Source: Tubiluchus corallicola (taxonomy: Eukaryota > Animalia > Priapulida). Taken from it: DNA of 64,000 nt. This document shows, in pieces, positions 1-12,300 of the stretch. Location of the stretch: the NCBI GenBank assembly GCA_030141605.1, contig JAQGDQ010000060.1, positions 692,516-756,515 of the forward strand, written 5' to 3'. Numbering within the stretch: the stretch's first letter is position 1; every line of letters starts with the position of its first letter. Both the position numbers and the translations under genes were made by a program. Below the pieces are notes generated by a model. That model was not told the DNA's origin. It worked only from the letters and a program-made list of their open reading frames with translations, and searched no databases.

Positions 1-73
1 CTTTATCCGGTTCATGCACGTTGTGCACCATGATGAAAAGTCATGTACAGAGCACACACACAACAAGCAGCTA
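1..73 (-). CDS. Possible exon of an unidentified divergent gene running off the left edge (may begin MVHNVHEPDK)
   Basis: On the minus strand an acceptor TGGTTTCAG precedes the segment, there is a Kozak-like ATCATGG, and a candidate upstream UTR-exon donor AAG|GTATTA lies at 1639. Too short to identify. Confidence 0.3.
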
Positions 74-1859
74 TCTGAAACCAGAGATATAATATACATA
101 CTCTTATAGCAAAATAATACAACTTAAGGTTACAACCAAAAAATGAACGTAGGCCAATATGTGCAGCGTGCTAGTCCTTGCAATCTAAGCCTAGCAAGCT
201 TCAACCCAAAAACATGCAGCAGCCCAGATGGGAACTGCAAAAATTATGAGCGCTGCTACATAATTATCATCAACTATCATAACTTTTTAAATATTATGTA
301 GCCTCCTGAAGGCCACTGACATGCATAACATGGACAGATCCTGACACCGACACCATACCATAGCACACCGCCAAGACATACGTCGGCGTAGCATCGGACA
401 CCTTCGTTGCAGATGAAAATCAACTAACCGGACAGTGTAATGAAAACGTTCAAACATTTATTCGCAGTCAATAGAACCAGAATTGCAGATTACAGAAAGT
501 TTTTTCGACAAATAGTAGTGGCATATAACAACAACATGCAGCATGTAAAATACAGGCACATTATAGTGACACTATTGCACTCAGCTAGCAAAAATAATAA
601 CTTAGCAAAGCCCAACTAAAATTGATACTTTCAGACATTTGTTTTCCACATATATCGTTTTTAAATTATCTTTCAATATTGTTTAACTGGGCAAATTTTT
701 TACTTTATTTTCAGTTGGAGCTCAAAATTTAATCTTTTCACAGACGATGAAAAGACGATGGCGCAAGCACAATTAATTGTTTCATCTACTTTTCACATAC
801 AACAGTGGACACTTCTTAACTGCAAGTGACAAACTGGGTCTATAAGGAATGAACGATGCTTAAATTCTATACATAATTTCTAATGTGGTTTTTCGAATCT
901 GAATGTCGCACAACTCAAAGTGCATTAAATTGTTTAGTATGAAGTTGGTTCGTTTATAATGAAATTGGTTTTCATCACTATGCTATAATTCACAAAATTT
1001 GCATGTTCTTAATTTTCCAGCACAGTTAAACTTTGTTTATGGCGAGTGAAGGTAAAATCAAAATGTTAACTTGCAAAAGCATTATATCTGGTTGATCATA
1101 TTTATAGCTTATTTTTGGAAGGCTGGCTATCTCATCGAATAGTGGCTGCTGTAACACTGACTAATGTCTGCTAACTATAAAATACGCTATATTGCCTAGG
1201 TAATTGTGGTACGAGTTATAATATATATATGCAGTCTCAGCAGTTGGCACATGTATAATAATAAAAGACCGAGTGAGGACACTGTAGCTAAAGAATATTT
1301 ATACATTATAATAATAATGCATTAACACATCTGACCAAAACAATAAAATAGAGAAATATTTACACATTGAACACAGGTCACCTAGATCAACTAGTGGAGT
1401 TTAGTAATTACTAGGCGAACACAATGTCGGTCAGTAATTAACCTTGGACCTAGCCATGTCATGCAGTGACTGACTCAGAATTAAAAACAAATTCGTTAAA
1501 GATGCTGCTTAATAAGTTTTATAATACTTAATAAATTTTCAGTGCATATGCGACGATTAAAGTTAGGTTAACGTCTGTTCGAGTGGCCTTCACTTCATTT
1601 ACAATTGAGAAACTAGCGCGCGCAAACATCACGTAATACCTTCTTTCTAGCAAATTCAAATTTCTCAAATCACAAGTCGCTTATATTTTGCATGAAAAAT
1701 CACGTAATTTAAACATATTAGAATTCTCTGTACTATTTATTAAACACCACCATAACATACTCTATCCGAATGTTTGCATATAAAGTAATAGCTCCATTAG
1801 CACAGCGAATAAATTAGCTTCAAATTAATTTGATTTCCGACGGCACAACAAAAAGGCGA

Positions 1860-1945
1860 AAATTAGACAACAATATGGCGGCCGAGTTTCACAACAGTGA
1901 ATCGCCTATTTGTAACGAGAATGCGCACTGCGCAGAAACGCAGCT
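1860..1945. promoter_or_regulatory. Putative bidirectional promoter (LRMDA and left-edge gene)
   Basis: Local CpG enrichment, a YY1-like AATATGGCGGC (~1872) and an NRF1-like TGCGCACTGCGCA (1922-1934). Outward-facing donors lie at 1639 (-) and 2052 (+). Confidence 0.45.
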
Positions 1946-3029
1946 TGATAGTTTTTTAATTTTTTCTGCAAAACTTGGTATTATTTTGTTTAAGTGGCAA
2001 TTTCATTTTTTGAAAGGTATTACTTTCTATTAAAGTGTAATATTGTTAAAGGTAAGAAAATTCAACACGAAACAAACTTTTATGGAATAGTTGAGTATTT
2101 TTTGCGTTACGCCAGCAAATTCTCTTTACTACCGATTCGTTCTGTAACATGAGCGTTTATTGGAGAGCGTTGACATATCGATGTTCCTTATTGGTTAACT
2201 GCTCAAGCTCTTTGGAGACTGCAATTTCAGTGCCAGCCAAGCAGACTGTTTTAGCAGCTGGTTTCTTAATCTAGAAAATAATTTTAATATAAAATGTAAG
2301 ACTTGTGAGTATACCATTATCCATCTCTGCCGTCATATAGTTAGTATTTAAGACTTTGGGCTAGTCGTTTTACCTCACCAAAGAAAACATCAATATCAAC
2401 CAGACAACAACTAACAAAATAGAAATCAAAGAAATTACCAAGCTGGCAGGAACTGAGACAGCAATGCAGCAAAAACTGGTCATAGTAAGCAAAGCCTCCA
2501 TAGGGTATAGAATGTATAGTGACCAGTAGATTTTTAAAATGCAGAAACTAAAAGCAAATCATAGAATTTAATGGGAACCAAAGTTATAAACATTTTTATT
2601 TGCTCTTGTCTAGGGTCTTTGGCTAATTGCGTTGTCAGCTTTATTATTATCATTAACTTTAAATATTTGGAGTTTTTAAATTTTGTATATATAGCAGGTT
2701 GTGCTTTTAAGCATTAACCAGAGGGAATTATGTTCTTAGATAGATGGATGGATGGAAATGTCTCTAATTGCCACAATAATATATATGTAATATAAATTAC
2801 AATTATACTTTGAAACGTATAATAAAAAACAGTATCAATGTACGCATGTTGTATGCTGAGTAATAATAATTATTTTTATTATAATACTTGATTAATGGCA
2901 ATAGTGCATATATTATTACTATAAACTGATGAACTCGTAACTAACTAATTAATTAATGACTAATTAAATTACTAATATAAAAACGTAATGAGTTGATGAA
3001 TCAGAATCCTAGACCACACCTTAAAATAT

Positions 3030-3490
3030 ATAAAAAACAAAAGACAAGATTAACGTAGAGCACAACAGGTAAGCATAGCTAGATAAAGGCTTGATGTCAC
3101 TGCACAGAGCGCCAGATGATTTCATTATGAAGAAATGAAGGCGATCCTTAATGCTTTTAAAGCAAATGCTTAATGTTTGCTGTTGTTGTTTAACAGAAAA
3201 CGCCTTAGCTTGAAATAACTTAAGATGTTTTGGTAAAGTAAAAACTTCTAGCCAAATTTTCCATTAATGTCTGAATCTGTCGAATCCTAAATTGTTGAGA
3301 CCTTTTATCACGGGCAGATCACTCGAAGCGTTTTATCATTGCTATTAATCATGGTTCAAATTTCGATAATATAAAAAGGAGTTATAACTAAACTGAAGTG
3401 AAATACCCTGAGCTTTTAACCGATTTTACGCGGGATTTCAAGTAACTTTAAAGTGTTAAAAGGGAATTGTACTACAGTCCATGTGGCATT
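3030..3490 (-). mobile_element. Degraded non-LTR retrotransposon 3' fragment
   Basis: The minus-strand translation gives CSTI...KLLEIPRK and RSQQFRIRQIQT...RSFYF, which are reminiscent of the post-RT region of CR1/L2-type LINEs. The frames are broken. Confidence 0.3.
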
Positions 3491-6129
3491 GCCATGACCG
3501 CTTCATTACTATACCCCACACTGGCAGGAAAATATGTATTATACATATGATATTAGATATGTCCTAATCAAGTCCTTAACGAATCAAATCAACATTTCCC
3601 AGCATTAGATTACTCACATACACTAGAGTATCCATACTAACTTTGCGATCTTCAAATTTTCTTGCGGCTAATGAATTATATATTAATTTTGCAATCTTAA
3701 TTTCAAGGTTAATAAAATATGTAACAAAACCATAATTGATTCTTGAAGAAAAGTACAGTAATAGCATGGTTGCAATTTCATACCATTGCAAACTGAGTTG
3801 CCATTGTTACTTCATATTGTGTGTATGCGTATTTGAAGGTTTTCTATAAGATTAGAGTTGATTAGATTAGAACCGAATGGAGTTAGATTAGACCAGAAGC
3901 GGTGCTGTCAAACCACTGGCATAGCAGTGTCTAATTTTTTGTTGGATTGCTGTTGTTTTGTTTAAGTCCTGAAGTCTTGAACAATAACTATAATTTATTT
4001 ACCTGTATTTCTTTATCTATATTTCTTGTACTTTAGAATTCTATTTGCCCAATTGCTACAATTGATATAACGGGCATGTGATGATGATGATCAGGTTGGA
4101 CCAGCCTAGACCAGGCTAGAGAAAATTAGAACAAATCAGATTAGACATTTTTGACATTAAATTTTTTCTACTACTCTTAATTTATAGTAATTGGATCGGT
4201 AACGATAATAACTTACTCATATTGTTGTTTTCTATTTTTACACTTTGTGACTGATTCTGTTATAAATCGAATTCATTTAGATTTGAAATGTTACCAGATT
4301 ATTTAAACTGGGAACGAGTCGCGCGAAGTGGAGTATCGCATTAAACAGTTCAAAATTGTTCAAGATTTGTGGTCTTGCACTTACATTGAGAGTAAGAAAA
4401 CAAATACGAAAGTATTATTACAAGTGGAATAAAGTTTTTATTGAATTAGTTTATTTTAATTTAATTTTGCTAAAAGTTAAAATGGCATATTAAACTGAAA
4501 AAAATAAATTTATTTTAGTGGCTTCAGAGCGCATAGTTTACAAGTATGTTTGGATTGCAGAATAGTGTTAACGATAATAATTAAAAGTTATATAAAACTG
4601 TAAAACCCTTAGTCTTAGGGCCTTAGAAGTTAGAAGGTTCATTTAAAGGAAAAGTTAAGGCTGTAGGGAAGTTAGGCTTATTTTGATATTTGAGAAAAAA
4701 ATGTCAGAGAGTGTCAGCAATAAAGTGTGGCAAGTGCGTCTTGTAATTAATATAATAAAATCAATTTAATCATTTCACTCTTGGGCATCCTCGTTCTGAA
4801 TGGAAAATGATGTCATCCGATCACCGTATTAAAAACCAGTTACCAACGATAATAACCTCTCACTTGGTTAGTTAACCTTGACAAAGTAACAAAATAATTT
4901 TTTTAACAAACCAAAACTGAACTCTATAGGCTAAATGCCCTCCTCCCCTGGGCACCTACTATATTCTCGCAGCCTCGCAGAATTCCCTGTTTATCTATAA
5001 TTAGATTAGTAATTTATGCGTAGTACTTATACATTTGAATTATTATTGTGTGGACTAAAATTATATATGCGCTTTATAAGTTATTGCTAATTGATTCGAT
5101 GACTAGTTTTTACTTAAACACAGTTCACCACAAAGATTTAGTCAGTTAGAATAGAGGAAGTGAGTGAACTGCAGAAGTTTTGTTACACAAGCTTTTATGT
5201 GGTTTATTAGCTTATCCCATTTTTCTTCAAATGTTCCTGCAGCAAGGTTGGTTTGGCAGGAGAGAAAACCTTTTTTAAATTTCTTTTGCATATTTCAGCA
5301 AGCGATTTTATAGGCATTTATTGTGTGGTAGTTGCTGCTTAACTAACCGTACCAGTGTTAATTTGTTTCATAATGAAAAATTTTGAGAAATGCTGTTTTG
5401 TCTGTTAGAATTAATTATACATTTCTGATTTTAATTTTTGATTTTTTGCGAGAAAAATGCAAATAGGTTTAGCAGTATTTAACATTGTTTATTTATTTAT
5501 CGAAGCTGTTCACATTGTTTAGATAAAATGGAAATTTGGAACAATATTTGTTTAGAGGCTAACGTGTTATAATTGATATTATTTTAGGCAATAGCTTTCT
5601 ATGCACAAGGCTGTACAAATGCTCAGTATTTGTTAAAGTAGTTGCTACTATTGATCTGCTTGTCCAAGATAAACATTGTGATTAACAGTGCAGTTTTTTT
5701 GTTTTTTCTCTTCTTTTTTCTCCTCATCTCCTAAGTAATTGTTGCTCTTTCTCATACTTACTTTTTTTCTTAAATTTTTTTATATTGCACTTTTTTGATA
5801 CTTACTTTATCTCTCCATACTCTCAGTTTTTTAACTTTACTCACTAACCTTGGTCAAATTCCCTTGTTAATAAGACCCCTATTGTATGACAATTACTGAT
5901 TATTACCCTAATATTATATTATTACCCTGATTATTACCCTAATAATTACTGATTAATTGTATTGTTTTGTTTAGATTTAGGTATCTAACTTTATTATTTT
6001 TTGTTTTCACTACTTTTTTGATAATTTGTATCATTTATACTGTTTTTATTATTATTTTTTTCTTATTTGTTTTTTTGTTTTTGTTAGCTGCAGCATCACC
6101 ATTTAATTTTAATATAGTAATCTATTTAC

Positions 6130-6190
6130 AAGAAAGGGCAGGAGACTAGATGACCCTATGGTCCTTCCCTGCCCTGCTCCACGATAATAA
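6130..6190 (+). mobile_element. CR1-like LINE 3' terminal stem-loop remnant
   Basis: AGGGCAGGAGACTAGATGACCCTATGGTCCTTCCCTGCCCT forms a hairpin resembling CR1 3' ends and follows a T-rich tract. Confidence 0.4.
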
Positions 6191-6327
6191 TTACGTAATA
6201 TTTAAAAAACTTTTTATGTCAAACTAAATGGAGAAAATAAATGTTCTATGTTTGAATAATATTGCGTAAAATTATATTCATGTGTCAACATCAGAGTTTG
6301 AACTTGTACTTTGCTGATTTTAGTATC

Positions 6328-9300
6328 ATGAAGGATGTAGAAGCTGATGCTAACTTGCAAGGATTTGAAGTGGACGAAGGCAATAGTGATCAGCAGAGTC
6401 TTTGTAACCAGTTGTTGGACAGTCAAGTAGTGTCAGAGTCTGCTTGCTGTCCACGAACATCTGACGGCATGTTCAATCGTGAAGCAGTGTCTTGTGTCGA
6501 TGACACACAGGTACTGTGTATTGTTGTTAAAACGAATCTGGCTTGTAATGTATGCTTGAAATTTGGTATGTGTTTTTCCTTGTCTGGGAAATTGCCAGAA
6601 AGTAAACAGAATGGTTTGTTTAAAAACTAAAATTTTATAAATAGTGAGTTGTTTTGCTTTTTCACCCAAGCACCGCTTATTTAATGATTACCAAATAAGG
6701 GTTACATATGAAGGACCCAATGGTCATATGATGAACTCACATCTTGCCAATTTTTGTTGTTTATCGTTATTTTTTGTACCTATTTTTAACCATGAATGTG
6801 AAATAAATCAATTTAAATCTATAATTTAAAATTTTTAAATGTTTAAAAATCTGAATCCATATCTGAGAGAAAGGTTATCCAGTTTAAAATTAATCCTGGC
6901 CCTTGTGTAAGAATTCATTTGCGCAAAAACTTGCAAAAATGCATTACAAACCCATAGTTATATAGTGATTTTTTATTAAAATTTGCAGAAAACCAGTAAC
7001 TAAACCAATTTAATGTTAGTTTATGGTGCAGTAAAAATTCATTTTCAAAATGCTTGTGCTTTATACATCAAATTTTGTGCTTTAGACAATAGTGTCCATA
7101 TAACTTCTGTATTCAATAGTATCAAACACCTTATAATCTTTATAACTGTATGAAAAGTGGATGGATTTGCTGAACAATAACAAGTGTTGGTGTCTTGCAC
7201 TGACTCATTTCAAACAGCAGAAAGACAAACAAACTGTAAGGAATTTGCTGTTTTCTAATTTATTAAAGTACCTCAAATAACAAGTTTGGTATGTTTATAG
7301 GTCAGCTATATTGGCCAAGACTGCGAAGAAATTCCATCCGAACTTGGAGAGTTGTATGGCAACCGAATGCGGCGATTGGACTTAAGCTACAATCTTATCA
7401 GGTAATTTTCATTTGCAGCTAAATAATTTTTAATATTCTCTTTATATTTAATCATTATGTATACTTATATTTACTCTTGCTAATACAAAAAAATTATCCT
7501 TTTGCTTTTTGATTCTAGTGACTTATCAAAGCTAAACACGCAATTTCCAAACTTGGAAGAATTAATACTGGACAGCAATTGTATAGGAGATACAGTAACC
7601 ATTCCTGCCTTGCCTCGACTAAAAACATTGACATTAAACAAAAACCAAATATCCTTTTCAAATGTTTTTAAAGGCTGTCGTTTATTATCTATTCAGCTAG
7701 ATAATCAGTGTTCTTCTGTGTGTACAGTGTTCCCTCGCTACTTCGCAGTTCGTTTATCGCTGACTAGCTGTTTCGCGGGTTTTCAACAGTATTAGTGTAA
7801 AATATTTATCGCGGTATTTTCGCTGTCTCACTGGTTTTTGCGGTACTCCATCTAAAGTATTTTTGCACATGCATAGTACGTATTGTACAGTAATGTATAG
7901 AATTGCAGTAAATAGTGTATTTATTCGGCGGATGAATCCACACCAATAACGAAATATAGTACTTGCGCGCCCCTTTGAGATGCTACTTGCCGACGTGAGA
8001 TTGTACACAACACACGATTGGTTGATTGATGGAGACTTATAAAGACTTAAAATAATGTATAACTACTGCAATAAGTATAGCGTCCCTACTTGACAGAAAT
8101 TCACTTATCGCGGGTGGTCCTGGAAAGGAACACCCGCGATAAGTGAGGGAACACTGTATAATGAGTTTTTATTTGTTATAATTTTTTTCAAAAGTTAAGA
8201 TAAAGATTTCAGAGATGTACTTCGTCGTTTTGGAAAAAAACTTAGGTGTTAAACTGCGAATGACGATTGGAAAGGCATCCGTATTTGCTGATCAGAATAA
8301 AGTGAAAATTTGCTGCAGGTTGTTTCTTAATGGACTTTTGCATTTCACAATCAAACTAATTAAAATCTTCCAAAATGTCAGGATTATTCAGGTGAATGCA
8401 ATTAAATAGTTAGTTTTTTGTCATTTTTTATAGGAAATACCAAGCCTTCGGGAAAGATAATCTTATTTCAATGTTTGCAAAAATGTTAGAAGGATTTAAT
8501 AATAAAACTGTGATAAGCGGCTCTTATATTTTGTAAAATCACTTTAAATTTGCGATCATTTCGTGCTTGGGTGCTCATATTTTTATTTGAACACCCAGCG
8601 TGCTGCCAGTTTGTATCTAAAATACAATAAGTTTTTCAAAAAACCAGCACGAACATTAGGTAAGCTGCAGAAGTGTGAATTAGTTTAACCAGCGCGTGCC
8701 TACAGAAAGCCACAATGTTTTTACGAAAAGTCTACCAACTACGTCATAATTTTAAAGTGAATGGTACCACTGCGCCTGAAAATTTGTGTACAGCGGTAGT
8801 ACAAATTAAATTTATGCTTTTCTTGCGTATATTTTTCCAAGTTAAAGTGATAACAGGAAAATAAATCCAACACACTGAGTGACTGGTTCTTTCCTTTAAA
8901 ACAAAATCCTAATTTTCAGAGGCGCAAGTCAGATTTTTTATTGGCTAAACGTTTACGTCCATAATATAATATAATGTGAAAATGTGTCAGAAAGAACCAT
9001 GAGAATGAAAAAGAAGAACTTTTTTTTTACGTCAGAATGGTAAATTGATGCAAAGTCGGGCAGCACAATTTCCTCTGCGAATTTGAAGCTGAGAGAAATT
9101 TCTGGGAACACAGGGGTACATCATAAGTGCATCTTCTGTTTGAATGTGCTCTGCCTGATTAACTGAATGAATAACTAACTAACATAAACTAAACTAAACT
9201 TCAGTAACTAAACGACTTGATCAAATTTTGCTACCAATAAAAGCCAACAATGACAACAACAACGACCATGATGACTACAACGACAAAATGACGACAATGA

Positions 9301-12300
9301 TGATAACGATAACTTTTATAACACACACCAGAAATTAACTCGTTAAGCGGATTAGGATTAGGGTTAGGTTTAAGGTTAGGTGAGGGTTAGAGTCAGAACT
9401 AGGGCTATGGTTAGGGTTAGGTATTTAAATTGTGTGGGGTGATGTTGTCCAGAGTTAAAGATGTCCTACAAGTTACAATTGCGCTGTACCTGACTGTCTA
9501 GGTACTGTTGTCTAGTTACTTTTGTAGGTATTGTGTATTAACACTTAGCACATATTTGTATTTTACATATATATCACCTTGTATGTTAAGCATGTACATT
9601 TGCTTGGATCTCAGTTTCCTTAACTGCTGCATACATTACTGATATTGAATCGTTTCTGGACAAAGTTAGTTCTCAGCTGCCTGCATTGAGTTATCTCAGT
9701 TTGCTGGGTAATTCTGCATGTCCCAATCAACTTTCTTGTTCTGACAAAGATGAAGAAGACTATCAAAGATACAGGTAAAGATTTCCTTTATTGTTTTTGC
9801 GCGGGTGTTTATTAATGTGTATCTACGAACTACAAGATCTCCTGTATTGCCTTTGCTCGGGTGTTTATTAATGTGTATCTACAAATACAAGATCTCCTGT
9901 ATTGCCTTTGCTCGGGTGTTTATTAATGTGTATCTACAAACTACAAGATCTCCTTTATTGCCTTTGCTCGGGTGTTTATTAATGTGTATCTACAAACTAC
10001 AAGATCTCCTTTATTGCCTTTGCTCGGGTGTTTATTAATGTGTATCTACAAACTACAAGATCTCCTTTATTGCCTTTGCTCGGGTGTTTATTAATGTGTA
10101 TCTACAAACTACAAGATCTCCTTTATTGCCTTTGCTTGGGTGTTTAGTAATGTGTATCTACAAACTACAAGATCTCCTTTATTGCCTTTGCTTGGGTGTT
10201 TAGTAATGTGTATCTACAAACTACAAGATCTCCTTTATTGCCTTTGCTCGGGTGTTTATTAATGTGTATCTACAAACTACAAGATCTCCTTTATTGCCTT
10301 TGCTCGGGTGTTTATTAATGTGTATCTACAAACTACAAGATCTCCTTTATTGCCTTTGCTTGGGTGTTTAGTAATGTGTATCTACAAACTACAAGATCTC
10401 CTTTATTGCCTTTGCTTGGGTGTTTAGTAATGTGTATCTACAAACTACAAGATCTCCTTTATTGCCTTTGCTCGGGTGTTTATTAATGTGTATCTACAAA
10501 CTACAAGATCTCCTGTATTGCCTTTGCTCGGGTGTTTATTAATGTGTAACTACAAACTACAAGATCTCCTTTATTGCCTTTGCTCGGGTGTTTATTAATG
10601 TGTATCTACAAACTACAAGATCTCCTTTATTGCCTTTGCTCGGGTGTTTATTAATGTGTATCTACAAACTACAAGATCTCCTGTATTACCTTTGCTCGGG
10701 TGTTTATTAATGTGTAACTACAAACTGCAAGATCTCCTTTATTGCCTTTGCTCGGGTGTTTCTTAATGTGTATCTACAAACTACACGATCTCCTTTATTG
10801 CCTTTGCTCGAGTGTTTATTAATGTGTATCTACAAGCTACAAGATCTCCTTTATTGCCTTTGCTCGGGTGTTTATTAATATGTATCTACGAATTACAGGC
10901 TGCATATTTTACGTTTCGGGAGACCGGGGAGGGGGGTTTAGTTATGAATTGGTTAAAGCTGTTTGCCTGACAAATAGATGGAATTATGAGAATAAAGGCA
11001 AGATATACAGCAATGGATCACCTGCATTGTTTCTGGTTTATATTGTCGAGAGGTTTGCCGTAGTGGTGTTGATATGTGGAGTACTGTGCGTTGTTGCTAA
11101 ACGTATATTTCAAAAACCACTGAGGAAGTTGTTCAGAAGTGCTGGCTTTGTACGATGGCTTTCTGATGATAAATCGTAATTTTTCACGAAAAATACATTC
11201 CAGTTATTATGAATGCTGAAAAAGTGGGTAATAAATCATATCTAAATTAAGTGTGCGGATATTTTCAAAAGATATTATTGGCTTTAACCGCACATAAGCG
11301 AATTCATCATAAATTTCTTTCAACCTGTTACCTGTACAATTTGTGTTGCCATTTTCAGAAAAATGAAATTCAGCTATTAGACTAATTTTGTTAATGAATT
11401 GGCTTTAAATCCTCTATTGTAGTTTGTATTTTTATTCACTTTTGTCAGGTATTTTGTGCTATATAAATTACCAAAGTTGAAATTTCTGGATTCGAGAGCT
11501 GTAACCAAAGAAGAGGTGACTGAAGCAAAGAGGATAGGCGAATACACCAAAGTGGTTAGATATATTCCTGATGATGGGGTAAATTTACATGAATTTTTTG
11601 TTAAAGGAAAACCGGATGATTGTGTAAACACGAGTTCAGAATAAAGAATGCTCTAAAACATTGAAAACTACAATAGCTTTTTTTAAATCAAAGCTTAGAT
11701 TAAAATAATAATTACCTCGGATACTCAAATTTCGTTAAATTTTCAAAGCTACGCACGGTTCAGTGAATCTACTAAGACTGGCAATGGCACCTTATTGTCT
11801 CATGCACGTGGCCGATAAATAGAAGGCGGTACCGTGATAAGCATGATCACGAACTGCAGTGTTAGTTTCTGTTGTCATATGATGTAGACCCCATTCTCGT
11901 GACATAGCGCATTTAAACTGTAACACTTACGCAAATGCCTGCCATTGCACAAACTGTGGTTAGTTTCTGACGTAGGCAATAGCTGTATTCGGTTGCCGTT
12001 AATTAACTTTCTAAGCTGACTGCTGCATTGCAGGTTTAATGTGCAGTTTTTTGTAAAGCAGGAATTGTCATTATTAGGTTTATATCACATGCCTATTGCT
12101 AAACAAATCCTCACTACTAGGCTTAGAGCAACTTCAAACCAGTTTGTATGTAGGCCAGCTGCATTCACTTTTTTATGTCCATTTTTGTTTGCTGTTGTCA
12201 CAGGAAGGAATTCAGGAAGCAACTGAAGCCATTGAAATCGACGGTCCGTATTCTCCCTTGCCAGACAGTGGGCGAAATGGAAAACACTACGGTACTTCTG

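Noticed and set aside
1830-2033. 67-aa ORF with KRRK motif
   Set aside because: It overlaps the putative promoter and 5' UTR, and ATGGCGGC is better explained as a YY1-type element.
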